Source: an uncultured Acidobacteriota bacterium
Lineage (GTDB): Bacteria; Acidobacteriota; Thermoanaerobaculia; Multivoradales; UBA5704
Length of the DNA stretch: 64,000 bases
Reading direction: 5' to 3'
Assembly: GCA_963770895.1 (NCBI GenBank)
Contig: CAVYRF010000002.1
Location: 960,001 to 1,024,000, forward strand
In this document: one piece after another, positions 43,812 to 53,398 of the stretch
How the letters are laid out: each line of letters opens with the position of its first letter
How positions within the stretch are numbered: position 1 is the stretch's first letter
Made by a program: the position numbers and the translations under genes
Notes under the pieces: model-generated
The model's input: the letters and a program-made list of their open reading frames with translations, nothing else
The model's database searches: none
What the model was told of the DNA's origin: nothing

Positions 43812-45511
43812 CCGCGCCCGCACAGCACCCCGATCCAGCGGCCGTTCGCCGCCTGATCCTGGGCACCGCATCGCCGGTCGAGGCGCGGCAGGTCGTTCGC
43901 CACCTGCTGACCGGCTGCGGCCACTGCAATCGCTTCGCGCACGCCGCCGGCGCCGGCCCGACGGGCGGTGACGACGCCGCGGCGGCGTCTGATTCCGCAT
44001 CCACCGCCGCCCGCGATGCCGCCAACGCCCGCGCCCGAGGCTCGGCTCCCTCCCCGGCCCGCTCTCCCTCCCCGTCCGATTCCGCCGGCGATCCGCGGGA
44101 CGCCTCCAAGTACGACCAGGTGTTTGAGCGCATGAAGGAGCGCCTGCGCTCCGCGCCGCTCGGCGACTCGCCGGCCCATGACGCCGATGAGGACGCGCCG
44201 GAGGCGCCCGCGGCAGCCGGCGATGGGCGACCAGGCGCAGAAGCGGCACTGCCCTCGCCGGGTGCCGCGCCGTCGGGCACCCTCGCCATCTCCACCGCCC
44301 CCATCATCCGGCCCGGCCGCCCGGCGCCGGGCGCCGCGGACCTGGCGCGGCAGACGCTAGCCGCCGGCGGCGCCGCCGGGGCGGGAGCCGGCGCCGGCGC
44401 CCACGAGCTGTACGCCGAGCTTTTGGGGCACGACGCGGTGCAGGCCCTGACGCAGGTGCAAAGCACCCGGCGCTACGCCTATCTGGCGCTGTGCGAGCTC
44501 CTGCTGCGCAAGAGCTTCGGCCTGGAAAACGGCACGACGGCGGCGGCGGGCGTGGGCGACGCGGCGGCGATGGCGGCGCGCTGCGTCGTGGCGGCGGCCG
44601 AGGTCGCGGAGCTGCTCGACCTGGAAGTCTACGGCGCGCCGGTCGTCCAGGACGTGCGCGCCATCGCCTGGACCTATTTCACCGGCGGCGAGAGCATGCA
44701 GGAGGACATGCGCACCGCCGAGGTTTCGCGGCGCCTCGCCGCGCGGCTGCTCGCCGGCAGCGCCGACCGCGCACCCGGACGGCCGTCGCTGCTCGCGGCG
44801 CAGGCGGCGCTCGCCGGACATTGCGGACATTTTGGCGAGTCGCTGCGCCTGCTCACCGGCGCGGCCGGGTGCTATCGCCGCACCGATCAGGCTCACCTGG
44901 CTGCCCGCTTCCTGCTCAAGAAGGGCATGGCGCTGGGCAACGCCGGCGAAACCCAGGCCGCCGTCCGCCTGCTGTGGCGCGGCCTCGACACCATCGAGCC
45001 GGCGCGCGAGCCGCGGCTGCTGGTGTGGGCGACCCACAACCTCGCGTGGTTCCTGCACGAAGCCGGGCGCACCGGGCAGGCCGCCTCGTGCATCGAAGCC
45101 GCCCGCAAGCTCTATCGCGCGGCGCGCGACCGCCGCGAAATGTCGCGCTTGCGCTGGCTGGAAGGCAAGCTCGCGGCCGACTTCGGCACCGCCGAAACCG
45201 CCCTCGCCGAGGCCCGCGACGGCCTGGCGCGCGAGGGCCTGGCCTACGAGGCGGCGCTGGCCGCGATGGATCTCGCCGTGCGCTATGCCGGCGAGCGGCA
45301 GGCGGCGCGGATGCGCCAGCAGGCCGACGGCATGCTGGCGCTGTTCCGGTCGGATAGCATGTACGGGGAAACGGTCTTCGCCATGCGCTCCTTCCGCGAG
45401 CACGGCGGCGGCGACGACCCCAGCGACCTGTTGCGCGACCTGACCGCCTACCTCGACCAGGCCCGCCGGCCGCAAAACCCCAAGGCCCTGGCAGCCAGCA
45501 TTCCGCCCTGA
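43808..45511 (+). CDS. Zinc-finger (zf-HC2-like) + TPR-like protein, probable CTG start
   Basis: Frame open upstream of track start 44120 back to a stop at 43766-43768; AGGAGG (43797-43802) 5 nt before CTG at 43808; N-terminal 'HPDPAAVRRLILG...VVRHLLTGCGHC'; helical repeats 'RLRWLEGKLA...YEAALAAMDLA'. Confidence 0.8.
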   Translation: MTAPAQHPDPAAVRRLILGTASPVEARQVVRHLLTGCGHCNRFAHAAGAGPTGGDDAAAASDSASTAARDAANARARGSAPSPARSPSPSDSAGDPRDASKYDQVFERMKERLRSAPLGDSPAHDADEDAPEAPAAAGDGRPGAEAALPSPGAAPSGTLAISTAPIIRPGRPAPGAADLARQTLAAGGAAGAGAGAGAHELYAELLGHDAVQALTQVQSTRRYAYLALCELLLRKSFGLENGTTAAAGVGDAAAMAARCVVAAAEVAELLDLEVYGAPVVQDVRAIAWTYFTGGESMQEDMRTAEVSRRLAARLLAGSADRAPGRPSLLAAQAALAGHCGHFGESLRLLTGAAGCYRRTDQAHLAARFLLKKGMALGNAGETQAAVRLLWRGLDTIEPAREPRLLVWATHNLAWFLHEAGRTGQAASCIEAARKLYRAARDRREMSRLRWLEGKLAADFGTAETALAEARDGLAREGLAYEAALAAMDLAVRYAGERQAARMRQQADGMLALFRSDSMYGETVFAMRSFREHGGGDDPSDLLRDLTAYLDQARRPQNPKALAASIPP

Positions 45512-45613
45512 GCCAGCGCCCCGGCGCCGCGACGACACGCCGACCCGGCGGCCCGGGGAAGCGGAGCCGATGCCCCAGAGACCACCGCGAACCACCAGGA
45601 GACCCGCCGACCC

Positions 45614-46804
45614 ATGCCGCCACAGATCCCCGACACCGAGCTGCTGGCCCGGCTGGTCGGCTTCGACTCGACCAGCCGCAACAGCAACCTGCCGATCGCG
45701 GATTTCCTCTGCGACTACCTCGATCGGCCCGGCATCCGCGTGCACCGCAACCTGTCGAGCGCGGGCGACAAGGCCAACCTGATCTTCACCGTCGGTCCGC
45801 CCCACGACGAAGCCGCCGGCGGCGACGGCAGCGGAGCCGGCCCGGCCCGGCCCGGCCTGGTGCTGTCGGGACACATGGACGTCGTGCCGGCCGAGGAGGC
45901 GGGTTGGCAGAGCGATCCCTTCACCCTCACCGACCACGCCGACCGCCTGGTCGGGCGAGGTGCCTGCGACATGAAAGGCTTCCTCGCCCTGGCCGCCAAC
46001 CTGGCGATCGAGGCCAGCGGCGGGCGGCTGGCCCACCCGCTGGCGCTGCTCTTCACCTACGACGAAGAGGTGGGGACCCTGGGCGCCAAACGGCTGGTCG
46101 AAAGCTGCGCCGCGGCGCGCTCGCTGCCCTCCAACGCGGTCATCGGCGAACCCACCTGCCTGCGGGTGGTGCGCGCCCACAAGGGCCACCTCACCATGCG
46201 GGTCACCCTGCACGGCCGCAGCGCCCACAGCGGCTACCCGCACCTCGGGCAGAATGCCATCGAACCCGCCGCCCTGGTGGTGACCGCTCTCGCCGGCCTG
46301 CGCCGCCAGCTGGCCGCCGAGTCGACGCCGCACGCCGAGCTCTTCCCCGAAGTGCCCTTCGTGCCGCTCAACGTCGGCAGGGTGCACGGCGGCGCCGCCA
46401 TCAACGTCGTCCCCGACCGCTGCGTGATCGAGCTCGGCATGCGGCGGCTGCCCGGCGGCGACTCGCGGCAGCTGGCGGCGCGGGTCGAGCAGATCGTCCA
46501 GGACGTGGCGGCCGGCTGCCAGCCCCAGGTGGAGGTCCTCACCGACAGCCCGCCGCTGCTGGCGGCGAACGACGCGCCGGTGGTCCGCCGCCTGCTGGAG
46601 CTCAGCGGCCAGCAGGAACCGCAAACCGTCTCCTATGCCACCGACGCCGGATGGCTGCAACAGCTCGGCATGGATTGCGTCCTGTTCGGTCCCGGCTCGA
46701 TCGACGTCGCCCACCGCCCCAACGAGCACCTCCCCAAGGCCGACCTTGCCGCCGCTCGCCAGGTGATCGGTCAGGCGGTCGCTGCGTTCTGCGCCGAGAC
46801 CTGA
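45614..46804 (+). CDS. argE: M20 family deacylase (ArgE-like)
   Basis: 'LSGHMDVVP', 'GRGACDMKGF', 'YDEEVG', 'IGEPT', 'GRSAHS', 'GPGSIDVAHRPNE'. Confidence 0.85.
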   Translation: MPPQIPDTELLARLVGFDSTSRNSNLPIADFLCDYLDRPGIRVHRNLSSAGDKANLIFTVGPPHDEAAGGDGSGAGPARPGLVLSGHMDVVPAEEAGWQSDPFTLTDHADRLVGRGACDMKGFLALAANLAIEASGGRLAHPLALLFTYDEEVGTLGAKRLVESCAAARSLPSNAVIGEPTCLRVVRAHKGHLTMRVTLHGRSAHSGYPHLGQNAIEPAALVVTALAGLRRQLAAESTPHAELFPEVPFVPLNVGRVHGGAAINVVPDRCVIELGMRRLPGGDSRQLAARVEQIVQDVAAGCQPQVEVLTDSPPLLAANDAPVVRRLLELSGQQEPQTVSYATDAGWLQQLGMDCVLFGPGSIDVAHRPNEHLPKADLAAARQVIGQAVAAFCAET

Positions 46805-46808
46805 GACA

Positions 46809-48224
46809 ATGCCGCGACGCCCGGCGCCCCGATCGCCGCGTCCATTGACGCCCGAGGCCACCTTGCCCCCCGACCGCCTGCCCAGTCCCGAGATCATCGA
46901 GGCCGACCTGACCTGGACCGGTGAAGCGTTCACCTCCGGCATCCAGCTGCGCCTCGATGCCGCCGGCCGCATCGCCGAAGCCGGCCCGCTGGGGGCCGTG
47001 CCGACGCGCCGCCTGCGCGGCCAGGCGCTGCTGCCCGGCATGGTGAGCGCCCATTCGCACGCCTTTCAGCGCGGTCTGCGCGGCCAGGGCGAACGCTTTC
47101 CGGTGGGCGTCGGCAGCTTCTGGAGCTGGCGCGAAGCGATGTACGACCTGGCCGCGCGGCTCGACGGCGACGGCTTCGAGCGCCTGTGCCGCCACACCTT
47201 CCAGGAGATGCGCGCCGCCGGGATCACCACCGTCGGCGAGTTCCACTACTTCCACCACGATCGGGAAACCGCCGAGGGCCAGTCTCCCGACTACGCCATG
47301 GACGCCCGCGTGCTGCGCGCCGCCGCCGCGACCGGCATCCGCATCGCCCTGCTCAACACCTACTACCGCACCGGCGGCATCGCGCAGCCGCTGACCGGCG
47401 CGCAGCGCCGCTTCGAATCGCCCGAACCGGCCGTCTTCTGGGAGCAGATGGACCGCCTGGCCGCCAACCTGGACGGCCCGCTGCAAACCCTGGGAGCCGC
47501 GGTCCACAGCGTCCGCGCCGCCACCCCCGCGGAGCTGGGCGCGATCTACACCGAAGCCCGCCGGCGCAACCTGGCGATCCACATGCACATCGAAGAACAG
47601 CGCCGCGAGATCGACGACTGCTTTGCCCACTACGGCCAGAGGCCCATGCAACTGCTGCTCGCCACCCTGCCCTCGGCCCAGGGCTTCACCGCCATCCACT
47701 GCACGCACACCTCGCCCCAGGACATGGAGGGCTTCCTGGCCGCCGGCGGCGCCGTCTGTCTCTGCCCGCTGACCGAGGCCAACCTGGGCGACGGCCTGCC
47801 CGATCTCGCCCTGCCCCACCGCGCCGGCAGCCGTCTCTGCCTGGGCTCCGACTCCAACGCCCGCATCTCGATGCTCGAAGAGATGCGCTGGCTCGAATAC
47901 GGCCAGCGCCTGCGCGGCGAAAGCCGCGGCGCCCTGCGCGACGCCGGCGGCGACGTGGCGCGCACCCTCCTGCACGCCGCCACCACCGGCGGCGCCAGCG
48001 CCCTGGGCCTCCCCTGCGGCGAGCTGACCGCCGGCCGCTGGGCCGACTGCGTCGCCATCGATCTGGAGCACCCCAGCCTGGACGGCGCCGACGCCGCCTC
48101 GCTCCTGCCGGCGCTCCTCTTCGGCGCCGGCGACGACGCCATCGTCGCCACCGCCGTCGCCGGCACCTGGCAACAGCGCACACCGCGCGGCCAAGACCAG
48201 CGCGCCGCCAACCGCGGCCGCTAG
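46809..48224 (+). CDS. hutF: Formimidoylglutamate deiminase
   Basis: 'HSHAFQRGL', 'FWSWREAMY', 'VGEFHYFHH', 'HSVRA', 'HMHIEEQ', 'CPLTEANLGDG', 'GSDSN', 'EEMRWLEYGQRL'. Confidence 0.93.
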   Translation: MPRRPAPRSPRPLTPEATLPPDRLPSPEIIEADLTWTGEAFTSGIQLRLDAAGRIAEAGPLGAVPTRRLRGQALLPGMVSAHSHAFQRGLRGQGERFPVGVGSFWSWREAMYDLAARLDGDGFERLCRHTFQEMRAAGITTVGEFHYFHHDRETAEGQSPDYAMDARVLRAAAATGIRIALLNTYYRTGGIAQPLTGAQRRFESPEPAVFWEQMDRLAANLDGPLQTLGAAVHSVRAATPAELGAIYTEARRRNLAIHMHIEEQRREIDDCFAHYGQRPMQLLLATLPSAQGFTAIHCTHTSPQDMEGFLAAGGAVCLCPLTEANLGDGLPDLALPHRAGSRLCLGSDSNARISMLEEMRWLEYGQRLRGESRGALRDAGGDVARTLLHAATTGGASALGLPCGELTAGRWADCVAIDLEHPSLDGADAASLLPALLFGAGDDAIVATAVAGTWQQRTPRGQDQRAANRGR

Positions 48225-48324
48225 GCCGCGGACACCAAACCCCCGGCAGCCCGCCCGCCGCGAGCTGCCGGATCGAGGCCACCCGAGCCGCAAGGCTGGT
48301 GGCCACCTGTCGCGGAGGACGGAT

Positions 48325-48996
48325 ATGTGCGGACGCTACACCCTCACGTCTCCCGGTGAAGTCGTCGCCGAAGTCTTCGAGCTGCCCTTTGTGCCCGACC
48401 TGGCACCGCGCTACAACATGGCGCCGACCCAGGAAGCCGCCATCGTCCGCGTCCCGGCCGCGGGAGCCCCGCGCACCCTCGACCGCCTGCGCTGGGGCCT
48501 CATCCCCGCCTGGGCCAAGGACCCCGCCATCGGCAACCGCATGATCAACGCCCGCGCCGAAACCGTCGCCGAAAAACCCGCCTACCGCGACAGCTTTCGC
48601 CGCCAGCGCTGCCTGGTCGCCGCCGACGGCTTCTACGAATGGAAGCGACAAGGCAAAGCCAAGCAGCCCTACCTCATCCGCCGCGCCGACCGCCAACCCT
48701 TCGCCATCGCCGGCCTCTGGGCCGCCTGGCGCGGCGCCGGCGTCCCCGTCGAAACCTTCACCATCCTCACCACCGAGCCCAACGACCTCATGCGCGACCT
48801 CCACGACCGCATGCCCGTCCTCCTCGACCGCCGCGACTTCGCCGCCTGGCTCGACCCCGCCAACCGCGACACCGCCACCCTGCAATCCCTCCTCGTCCCC
48901 GCCCCCACCACCGGCTGGGAAGCCCTCCCCGTCACCACCCGCGTCAACAGCCCCGCCAACGACACCCCTGACTGCCTGGAGCCCCTCATCCCCTGA
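48325..48996 (+). CDS. SOS response-associated peptidase (SRAP/HMCES/YedK, abasic-site protein)
   Basis: 'MCGRY', 'RYNMAPTQ', 'RWGLIP', 'INARAET', 'GFYEW', 'HDRMPV', 'VNSPAND'. Confidence 0.97.
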   Translation: MCGRYTLTSPGEVVAEVFELPFVPDLAPRYNMAPTQEAAIVRVPAAGAPRTLDRLRWGLIPAWAKDPAIGNRMINARAETVAEKPAYRDSFRRQRCLVAADGFYEWKRQGKAKQPYLIRRADRQPFAIAGLWAAWRGAGVPVETFTILTTEPNDLMRDLHDRMPVLLDRRDFAAWLDPANRDTATLQSLLVPAPTTGWEALPVTTRVNSPANDTPDCLEPLIP

Positions 48997-49108
48997 CCCC
49001 AGCCGCAGCGCCTGAACCGCCAGACACATGCAAGGTGAACGCTCAGCCTCCGGGCGGCGGGCCAGCCCGCACGCCCGCAAGCCTGCATGTCGGTGCTACC
49101 GTGCTGTC

Positions 49109-49351
49109 ATGGGCAAGCAGCTGACGATTCGCGGGGTATCGGAAGAGATCCAGAGCAAGCTGAAGAGCATTAGCCGAGCGCGAGGCCAGAGCGTCAACGC
49201 CACAGTGCTCGAGATCCTTGCGACAGCGGTCGGATTGGACGAGCGACGGCAGAAGCTGAGCCGCTATATGACGTGGAATCGGGAAGACCTGGCGGAGTTC
49301 AGCGAGGCTCTGACGGCGCAGAGGTCGACGGATGATCCCCTTCGGCGCTGA
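49109..49351 (+). CDS. FitA-like RHH antitoxin, orphan
   Basis: 'MGKQLTIRGVSEEIQSKLKSISRARGQSVNATVLEIL...TWNREDLAEF...QR'; no toxin directly downstream. Confidence 0.8.
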   Translation: MGKQLTIRGVSEEIQSKLKSISRARGQSVNATVLEILATAVGLDERRQKLSRYMTWNREDLAEFSEALTAQRSTDDPLRR

Positions 49352-49439
49352 CGATGCCAGTCGATTGGTCCTCTGGCAGCCCCCAGCTGGGCAATAGGTC
49401 GGCATGGACGGAAAGCTGTTTTTCTGGAAAAATGGGGCC

Positions 49440-49712
49440 ATGAAGGCCACTTTCGAGATTCCTGACGATCTCTTCGTCGAAGTGAAGGTGGAGGCGGCCC
49501 GCCGTCACAAGAAGCTCAAGGAGCTGGTGCCGGATCTGGTGCGCGCGGGCCTGCGGGCGCAGCAGGCCGCCGGCCCCGTTTCGCGGCGGGACAGCGAGCG
49601 GTGGCTGGAGGAGTGGGTACGACTTGGCCAGGCGGCGCTCAAAGACCGGCCGCCAAGGCCGACAGCCACCGAGATCCTTGCCGCGGATCGCCGGCGCCTT
49701 GACGATCGCTAG
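49440..49712 (+). CDS. VapB-type RHH antitoxin
   Basis: 'MKATFEIPDDLFVEVKVEAARRHKKLKELV...GLR'; stop abuts the PIN toxin start. Confidence 0.85.
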   Translation: MKATFEIPDDLFVEVKVEAARRHKKLKELVPDLVRAGLRAQQAAGPVSRRDSERWLEEWVRLGQAALKDRPPRPTATEILAADRRRLDDR

Positions 49713-50315
49713 GTGCTCGTCCTTGACGCAAACGTCTGGGTCGCCGCCTTCGATCCATCGGACAGATTCCACGATGAGAGCGTGGCGGTGTTTGCCACGG
49801 CGGCGCGCGGCGGCCTGCGGCTGGCAGGTCCGGCGTTCCTGGCGCTGGAATCGATTTGTGCCCTCAATCGGCGCCTGGGCAATCCGACGTTCGCGGCAGC
49901 GGCCGCCGCGCAGATCGCGAACCATCCGGCGCTGTACCTTCAGCCACTCGACGAAGAGCTCCTTGCTGACGCTCAACGACTTGGGGTCGAACGCCGATTG
50001 CGGGGCGCCGACGCGCTCTACCTGGCGACTGCGGTGCGGTTGGGTTGCCCGCTCCTGTCCTGGGATGCGGAGCTGCAGTCCCGCGGCGGGGCGTGGTCGC
50101 CGCGCGATTGGCTGGAGCGGCAGTCAGGAGTGCAGCAGGTAGACGGCGGCGAACAGGGCGAGCATGGTGAAGATGAGGGCAAGGTTGCCGGCGGCGGCCA
50201 GGATGAGGCCGAACCAGGCGGCCAGGCCGGCGCGGCCGGCGCGGCGCAGGTCGCGGCGGGCGATGAGCTCGCCGGTGAAGGCGCCGACGAAGGGGCCGAG
50301 CAGGACGCCGGGTAG
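49713..50315 (+). CDS. VapC-type PIN-domain toxin (3' extension overlaps the convergent gene)
   Basis: 'MLVLDANVWVA', 'LRGADALYLATA', 'LLSWD'; PIN domain ends near 50120, remainder is antisense to DUF456. Confidence 0.9.
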   Translation: MLVLDANVWVAAFDPSDRFHDESVAVFATAARGGLRLAGPAFLALESICALNRRLGNPTFAAAAAAQIANHPALYLQPLDEELLADAQRLGVERRLRGADALYLATAVRLGCPLLSWDAELQSRGGAWSPRDWLERQSGVQQVDGGEQGEHGEDEGKVAGGGQDEAEPGGQAGAAGAAQVAAGDELAGEGADEGAEQDAG

Positions 50316-50630
50316 GGAGAAGAAGAGCCCTGCCAGGCCGCCGATGAAGGCGCCGGCGAGGGCGAGCCGGCTGGCGCCGACGCGGCGGGCGCCGTGGCGC
50401 GCGGCCCACAGGTCGATGACGAAGTGGCAGAGGGCCAGGATGCCCAGCAGCGTGAGGGTCACCCAACCGACTTTCTGAAAGTCGTCGATGGACGCGGCGA
50501 CGAGCAGCCCCGCGAAGACCAGCGGCGCGCCCGGTATCGCCGGGACGACGGTGCCGGCGATGCCGCCGGCGACCAGCGCGCCGGCGAGCAGCCACAGCAG
50601 CGGCGCCATCTGCGGATCGGGCGTCGCCAT
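50124..50630 (-). CDS. DUF456 family membrane protein
   Basis: 'GIAGTVVPAIPGAPL', 'GARRVGASR', 'GVLLGPFVGAFTGEL'. Confidence 0.9.
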   Translation of the reverse strand: MATPDPQMAPLLWLLAGALVAGGIAGTVVPAIPGAPLVFAGLLVAASIDDFQKVGWVTLTLLGILALCHFVIDLWAARHGARRVGASRLALAGAFIGGLAGLFFSLPGVLLGPFVGAFTGELIARRDLRRAGRAGLAAWFGLILAAAGNLALIFTMLALFAAVYLLHS

Positions 50631-50650
50631 GGCAACCCAGGCCAGGACGG

Positions 50651-51391
50651 TCACACGCCCGCCTCGGCGCCACGCTGTTGGCGCCTCGCGGTCAGCCGGC
50701 GGTAAAGGCGGTCGAAGCGGCGGCGGTGCAGGTTGGCGTCGGCGAAGTCGTAGTGGTTGGGGAGGATGCGGCCAGGGGCCAGGGCGGCCACCCGGTCCAG
50801 GCTGGCGGGGATCAGGCGGGGGACGCTGTTGAGGATGGGCGGCGGCAGGTTGAGATTGAAAAAGTAGCTGGCAAAGAGGTCGCCCGCGAACAGCAGGTCG
50901 TGCCGCTCGCTGTAGAACCCGCAGTGTCCCTCGGTGTGGCCGGGCAGGTGGACGACGCGCAAGCCGCCCCAATAGGGCAGCAGGTCGCCGTCTGCGAAGT
51001 GGCCGGCGAGCGGCGCCGCGCGATAGCGCAGCACGGCGCGCCCGAACGCTTCCAGCCGCCCGCACCAGCGGCTCACGCCCTGGTAGGGGTAGGTGCCGCG
51101 GACGTGCAGCTCCTCCTTTTCGTGGGCGAAGGCCGGGGCGCCGGTCCAGCGGCAGATCGGCGACAGGTTGCCGGCGTGGTCCAGATGGCCGTGGGTGAGC
51201 AGGACGGCCTGGACCGCCTGCGGCGCCAGCCCGAGCCGGCGCAAGCGGCGCCGCAGCCCGCGCACTTCGCCGTACAGGCCGGTGTCGATCAGGCAGGCGC
51301 CGGTATCGTCCACCAACAGGTGGCAGATGCCCAGCACCCCGCGGATGGGATACAGACCGGCAGGGAGCGGCGGCACCATCGCGCGCCTCAC
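50651..51391 (-). CDS. Metallo-beta-lactamase fold hydrolase
   Basis: 'LIDTG', 'LTHGHLDHAG', 'PGHTEGH', 'LFAGD', 'PNH'. Confidence 0.92.
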   Translation of the reverse strand: MRRAMVPPLPAGLYPIRGVLGICHLLVDDTGACLIDTGLYGEVRGLRRRLRRLGLAPQAVQAVLLTHGHLDHAGNLSPICRWTGAPAFAHEKEELHVRGTYPYQGVSRWCGRLEAFGRAVLRYRAAPLAGHFADGDLLPYWGGLRVVHLPGHTEGHCGFYSERHDLLFAGDLFASYFFNLNLPPPILNSVPRLIPASLDRVAALAPGRILPNHYDFADANLHRRRFDRLYRRLTARRQQRGAEAGV

Positions 51392-52212
51392 CGCCCGCCC
51401 GCGGGCGGCGGCGGGTTGGCCGGCGGCGCCGCGGCCGGCGGCGGCACGCTGGGCGACGGCGGAGCCGCGCCGGGAAGCGGCGTGGCGCCGGACGGCGGCG
51501 AAGGCGCGCCGCGAGGCGGGGTGGCGCCGGGCGAAGACGGCGCGGCGGCCGAGCCGCGCGCGGCGGGCGGCGCCGCCGCGGGCGCCATGGTGAAGCCCAG
51601 CTGGCGCAGGAAGCCGGCCTGGTCGTTGAGCACGAAGGCCGAGTCGATGCGGCCGCCATGCATGTGGAAAAAGGCCACGCCGTCGAGCGCCACGGTGGGC
51701 GGCGCGGGCTTGCCCGGCAGCGGCCGGGGGGTGCCCAGGACCAGGTAGTGCACCGCCACGCGATCGTCTTCGGCGGTCAGCTCCTGCGGGTCGTACTCGA
51801 CGGTGGCAAACACCGTGCGCACGCGCTGCGCCGCCTGCCGCGCGGCGTCCAGGCCGCGCGCGTTGGGCGCCGCCGGCGAGCGGTCGACAAAGGTCTTGGC
51901 GACGATCTGGTCCAGCTGGTCGAGCCGCCCGGCGGCCAGCACCTCGGTCAGATATCGCCGCGCCAGCAGCTTGTTCTCCTGCCGGTGGTCGGCGGCAGGG
52001 GCGGTCTTGGCGCCGGCGGCGGGCAGCGCCGGCGCGGGGGCGACGGCGGCCGTGCTCGGCGGGGTCGCCACGGCAGGCGCGGCGGCGGCGATCGGCGCGG
52101 CGCCGCGGATGACCAGGGTGAGGAGCAGCAGCGCAAGCGAGGCCGGCGCGGCCAGACGGCGCGCGCGCGGGCGGCGAGCTGGGATCGGCCGGCGGGGGCT
52201 GCCCGGAGTCAC
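51388..52212 (-). CDS. Exported SnoaL/NTF2-like protein
   Basis: Signal-like hydrophobic stretch, 'ENKLLARRYLTEV', 'AEDDRVAV', 'GGRI...DQAGFLRQLG'; start approximate. Confidence 0.75.
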   Translation of the reverse strand: MTPGSPRRPIPARRPRARRLAAPASLALLLLTLVIRGAAPIAAAAPAVATPPSTAAVAPAPALPAAGAKTAPAADHRQENKLLARRYLTEVLAAGRLDQLDQIVAKTFVDRSPAAPNARGLDAARQAAQRVRTVFATVEYDPQELTAEDDRVAVHYLVLGTPRPLPGKPAPPTVALDGVAFFHMHGGRIDSAFVLNDQAGFLRQLGFTMAPAAAPPAARGSAAAPSSPGATPPRGAPSPPSGATPLPGAAPPSPSVPPPAAAPPANPPPPAGGR

Positions 52213-52231
52213 GATGCCCGGCTCCCCCGGC

Positions 52232-53398
52232 TCAGGCGAGCACGGCGGCCAGCCGCTCCAGGCCTTCGAGCAGCTGGGCGCGCGAGCAGGCAAAGGAAAT
52301 GCGGATGTGGTTGTCGGCGCCGAAGGCGGCTCCGGGCACCACCGCCACCTGCGCCTTGTCGAGCAGGAATTCGGTGAACTGGACCGATCCCTGCCGTCCC
52401 GGCCCAAAGGCGCCCGACACGTCGGGGAAGGCGTAAAAGGCGCCGAGCGGCGGCTGGCAGCGCACACCGGGGAGCTGGTTGAGGCGGGGGATGAGCATCT
52501 CGCGACGGGCGCGGTATTCGGCGATCATCCGCTCGACGTCGGGTTCGGCGTCGCGCAGGGCGGCCAGGGCGCCGACCATGGCGAAGGAGGTGGGATTCGA
52601 CGTGGCGTGGCTCTGGATGTTCTCGATCGCGTTGACCAGCGGCTTGGGGCCCAGCAGGTAGCCGATCCGCCAGCCGGTCATGGCGTAGGTCTTGGAAAAC
52701 GACCCCACCAGGACGACGGTGTCGGGAAATTCCGCGGCCAGGCTGGCGGCGCTGGCGTGGGGCTGGTCGTAGACGAAGCGCTCGTAGGTTTCGTCGGAAA
52801 TGACGATCAGGCCGCGGTTGGCGGCGAAGCGCACGACCTGGCGCAGGTCCGCGGCGGCGATGACGCCGCCCGTCGGGTTGCACGGCGAATTGAGCAGGAT
52901 GGCCCGCGTGCGGTCGGTGACCGCCGCCAGGATGGCGTCCGCGTGCTGGCGGAAACCGTCGGCGCCGACGGTTTCAAAGGGCACCGGCACCGCGCCGGCA
53001 AAGCGGATCTGCTCGCCGAAGCTGACCCACGAGGGATTGGGCAGCACCACTTCGTGGCCGGGCTCGAACAGCGCCAGGGCCAGTTGGAAGAGCGCCGCCT
53101 TGCCGCCCACCGTGACCACCGAGTCCTGAGCCTGCCAGGGAGCGCCGTAGCGGTCCCGCGCCCAGGCGGCGAGCGCCTGCCGCAGCTCCGGCGTGCCGCT
53201 GCCCGGCGTGTAGCGGGTGAACCCGGCGGCCAGCGCCTGGCAGGCAGCTTCGACGGCCACCGCCGGGGAGTTGAAATCCGGCTCGCCGGCGCCGAAATCG
53301 ACCAGGGCGACGCCCTGCGCCTTGAGCGCGGCGGCGCGGCGCGTGACCGCCAGGGTCGCGGATTCGGCAATGCCGGCGGCTCTGGCAGAGAGAATCAC
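52232..53398 (-). CDS. PLP-dependent class I/II (aspartate) aminotransferase
   Basis: 'GAGEPDF', 'NSPCNPTG', 'SDETYE', 'SFSKTYAMTGWRIGY', 'GAFYAF', 'IRISFA'. Confidence 0.95.
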   Translation of the reverse strand: MILSARAAGIAESATLAVTRRAAALKAQGVALVDFGAGEPDFNSPAVAVEAACQALAAGFTRYTPGSGTPELRQALAAWARDRYGAPWQAQDSVVTVGGKAALFQLALALFEPGHEVVLPNPSWVSFGEQIRFAGAVPVPFETVGADGFRQHADAILAAVTDRTRAILLNSPCNPTGGVIAAADLRQVVRFAANRGLIVISDETYERFVYDQPHASAASLAAEFPDTVVLVGSFSKTYAMTGWRIGYLLGPKPLVNAIENIQSHATSNPTSFAMVGALAALRDAEPDVERMIAEYRARREMLIPRLNQLPGVRCQPPLGAFYAFPDVSGAFGPGRQGSVQFTEFLLDKAQVAVVPGAAFGADNHIRISFACSRAQLLEGLERLAAVLA

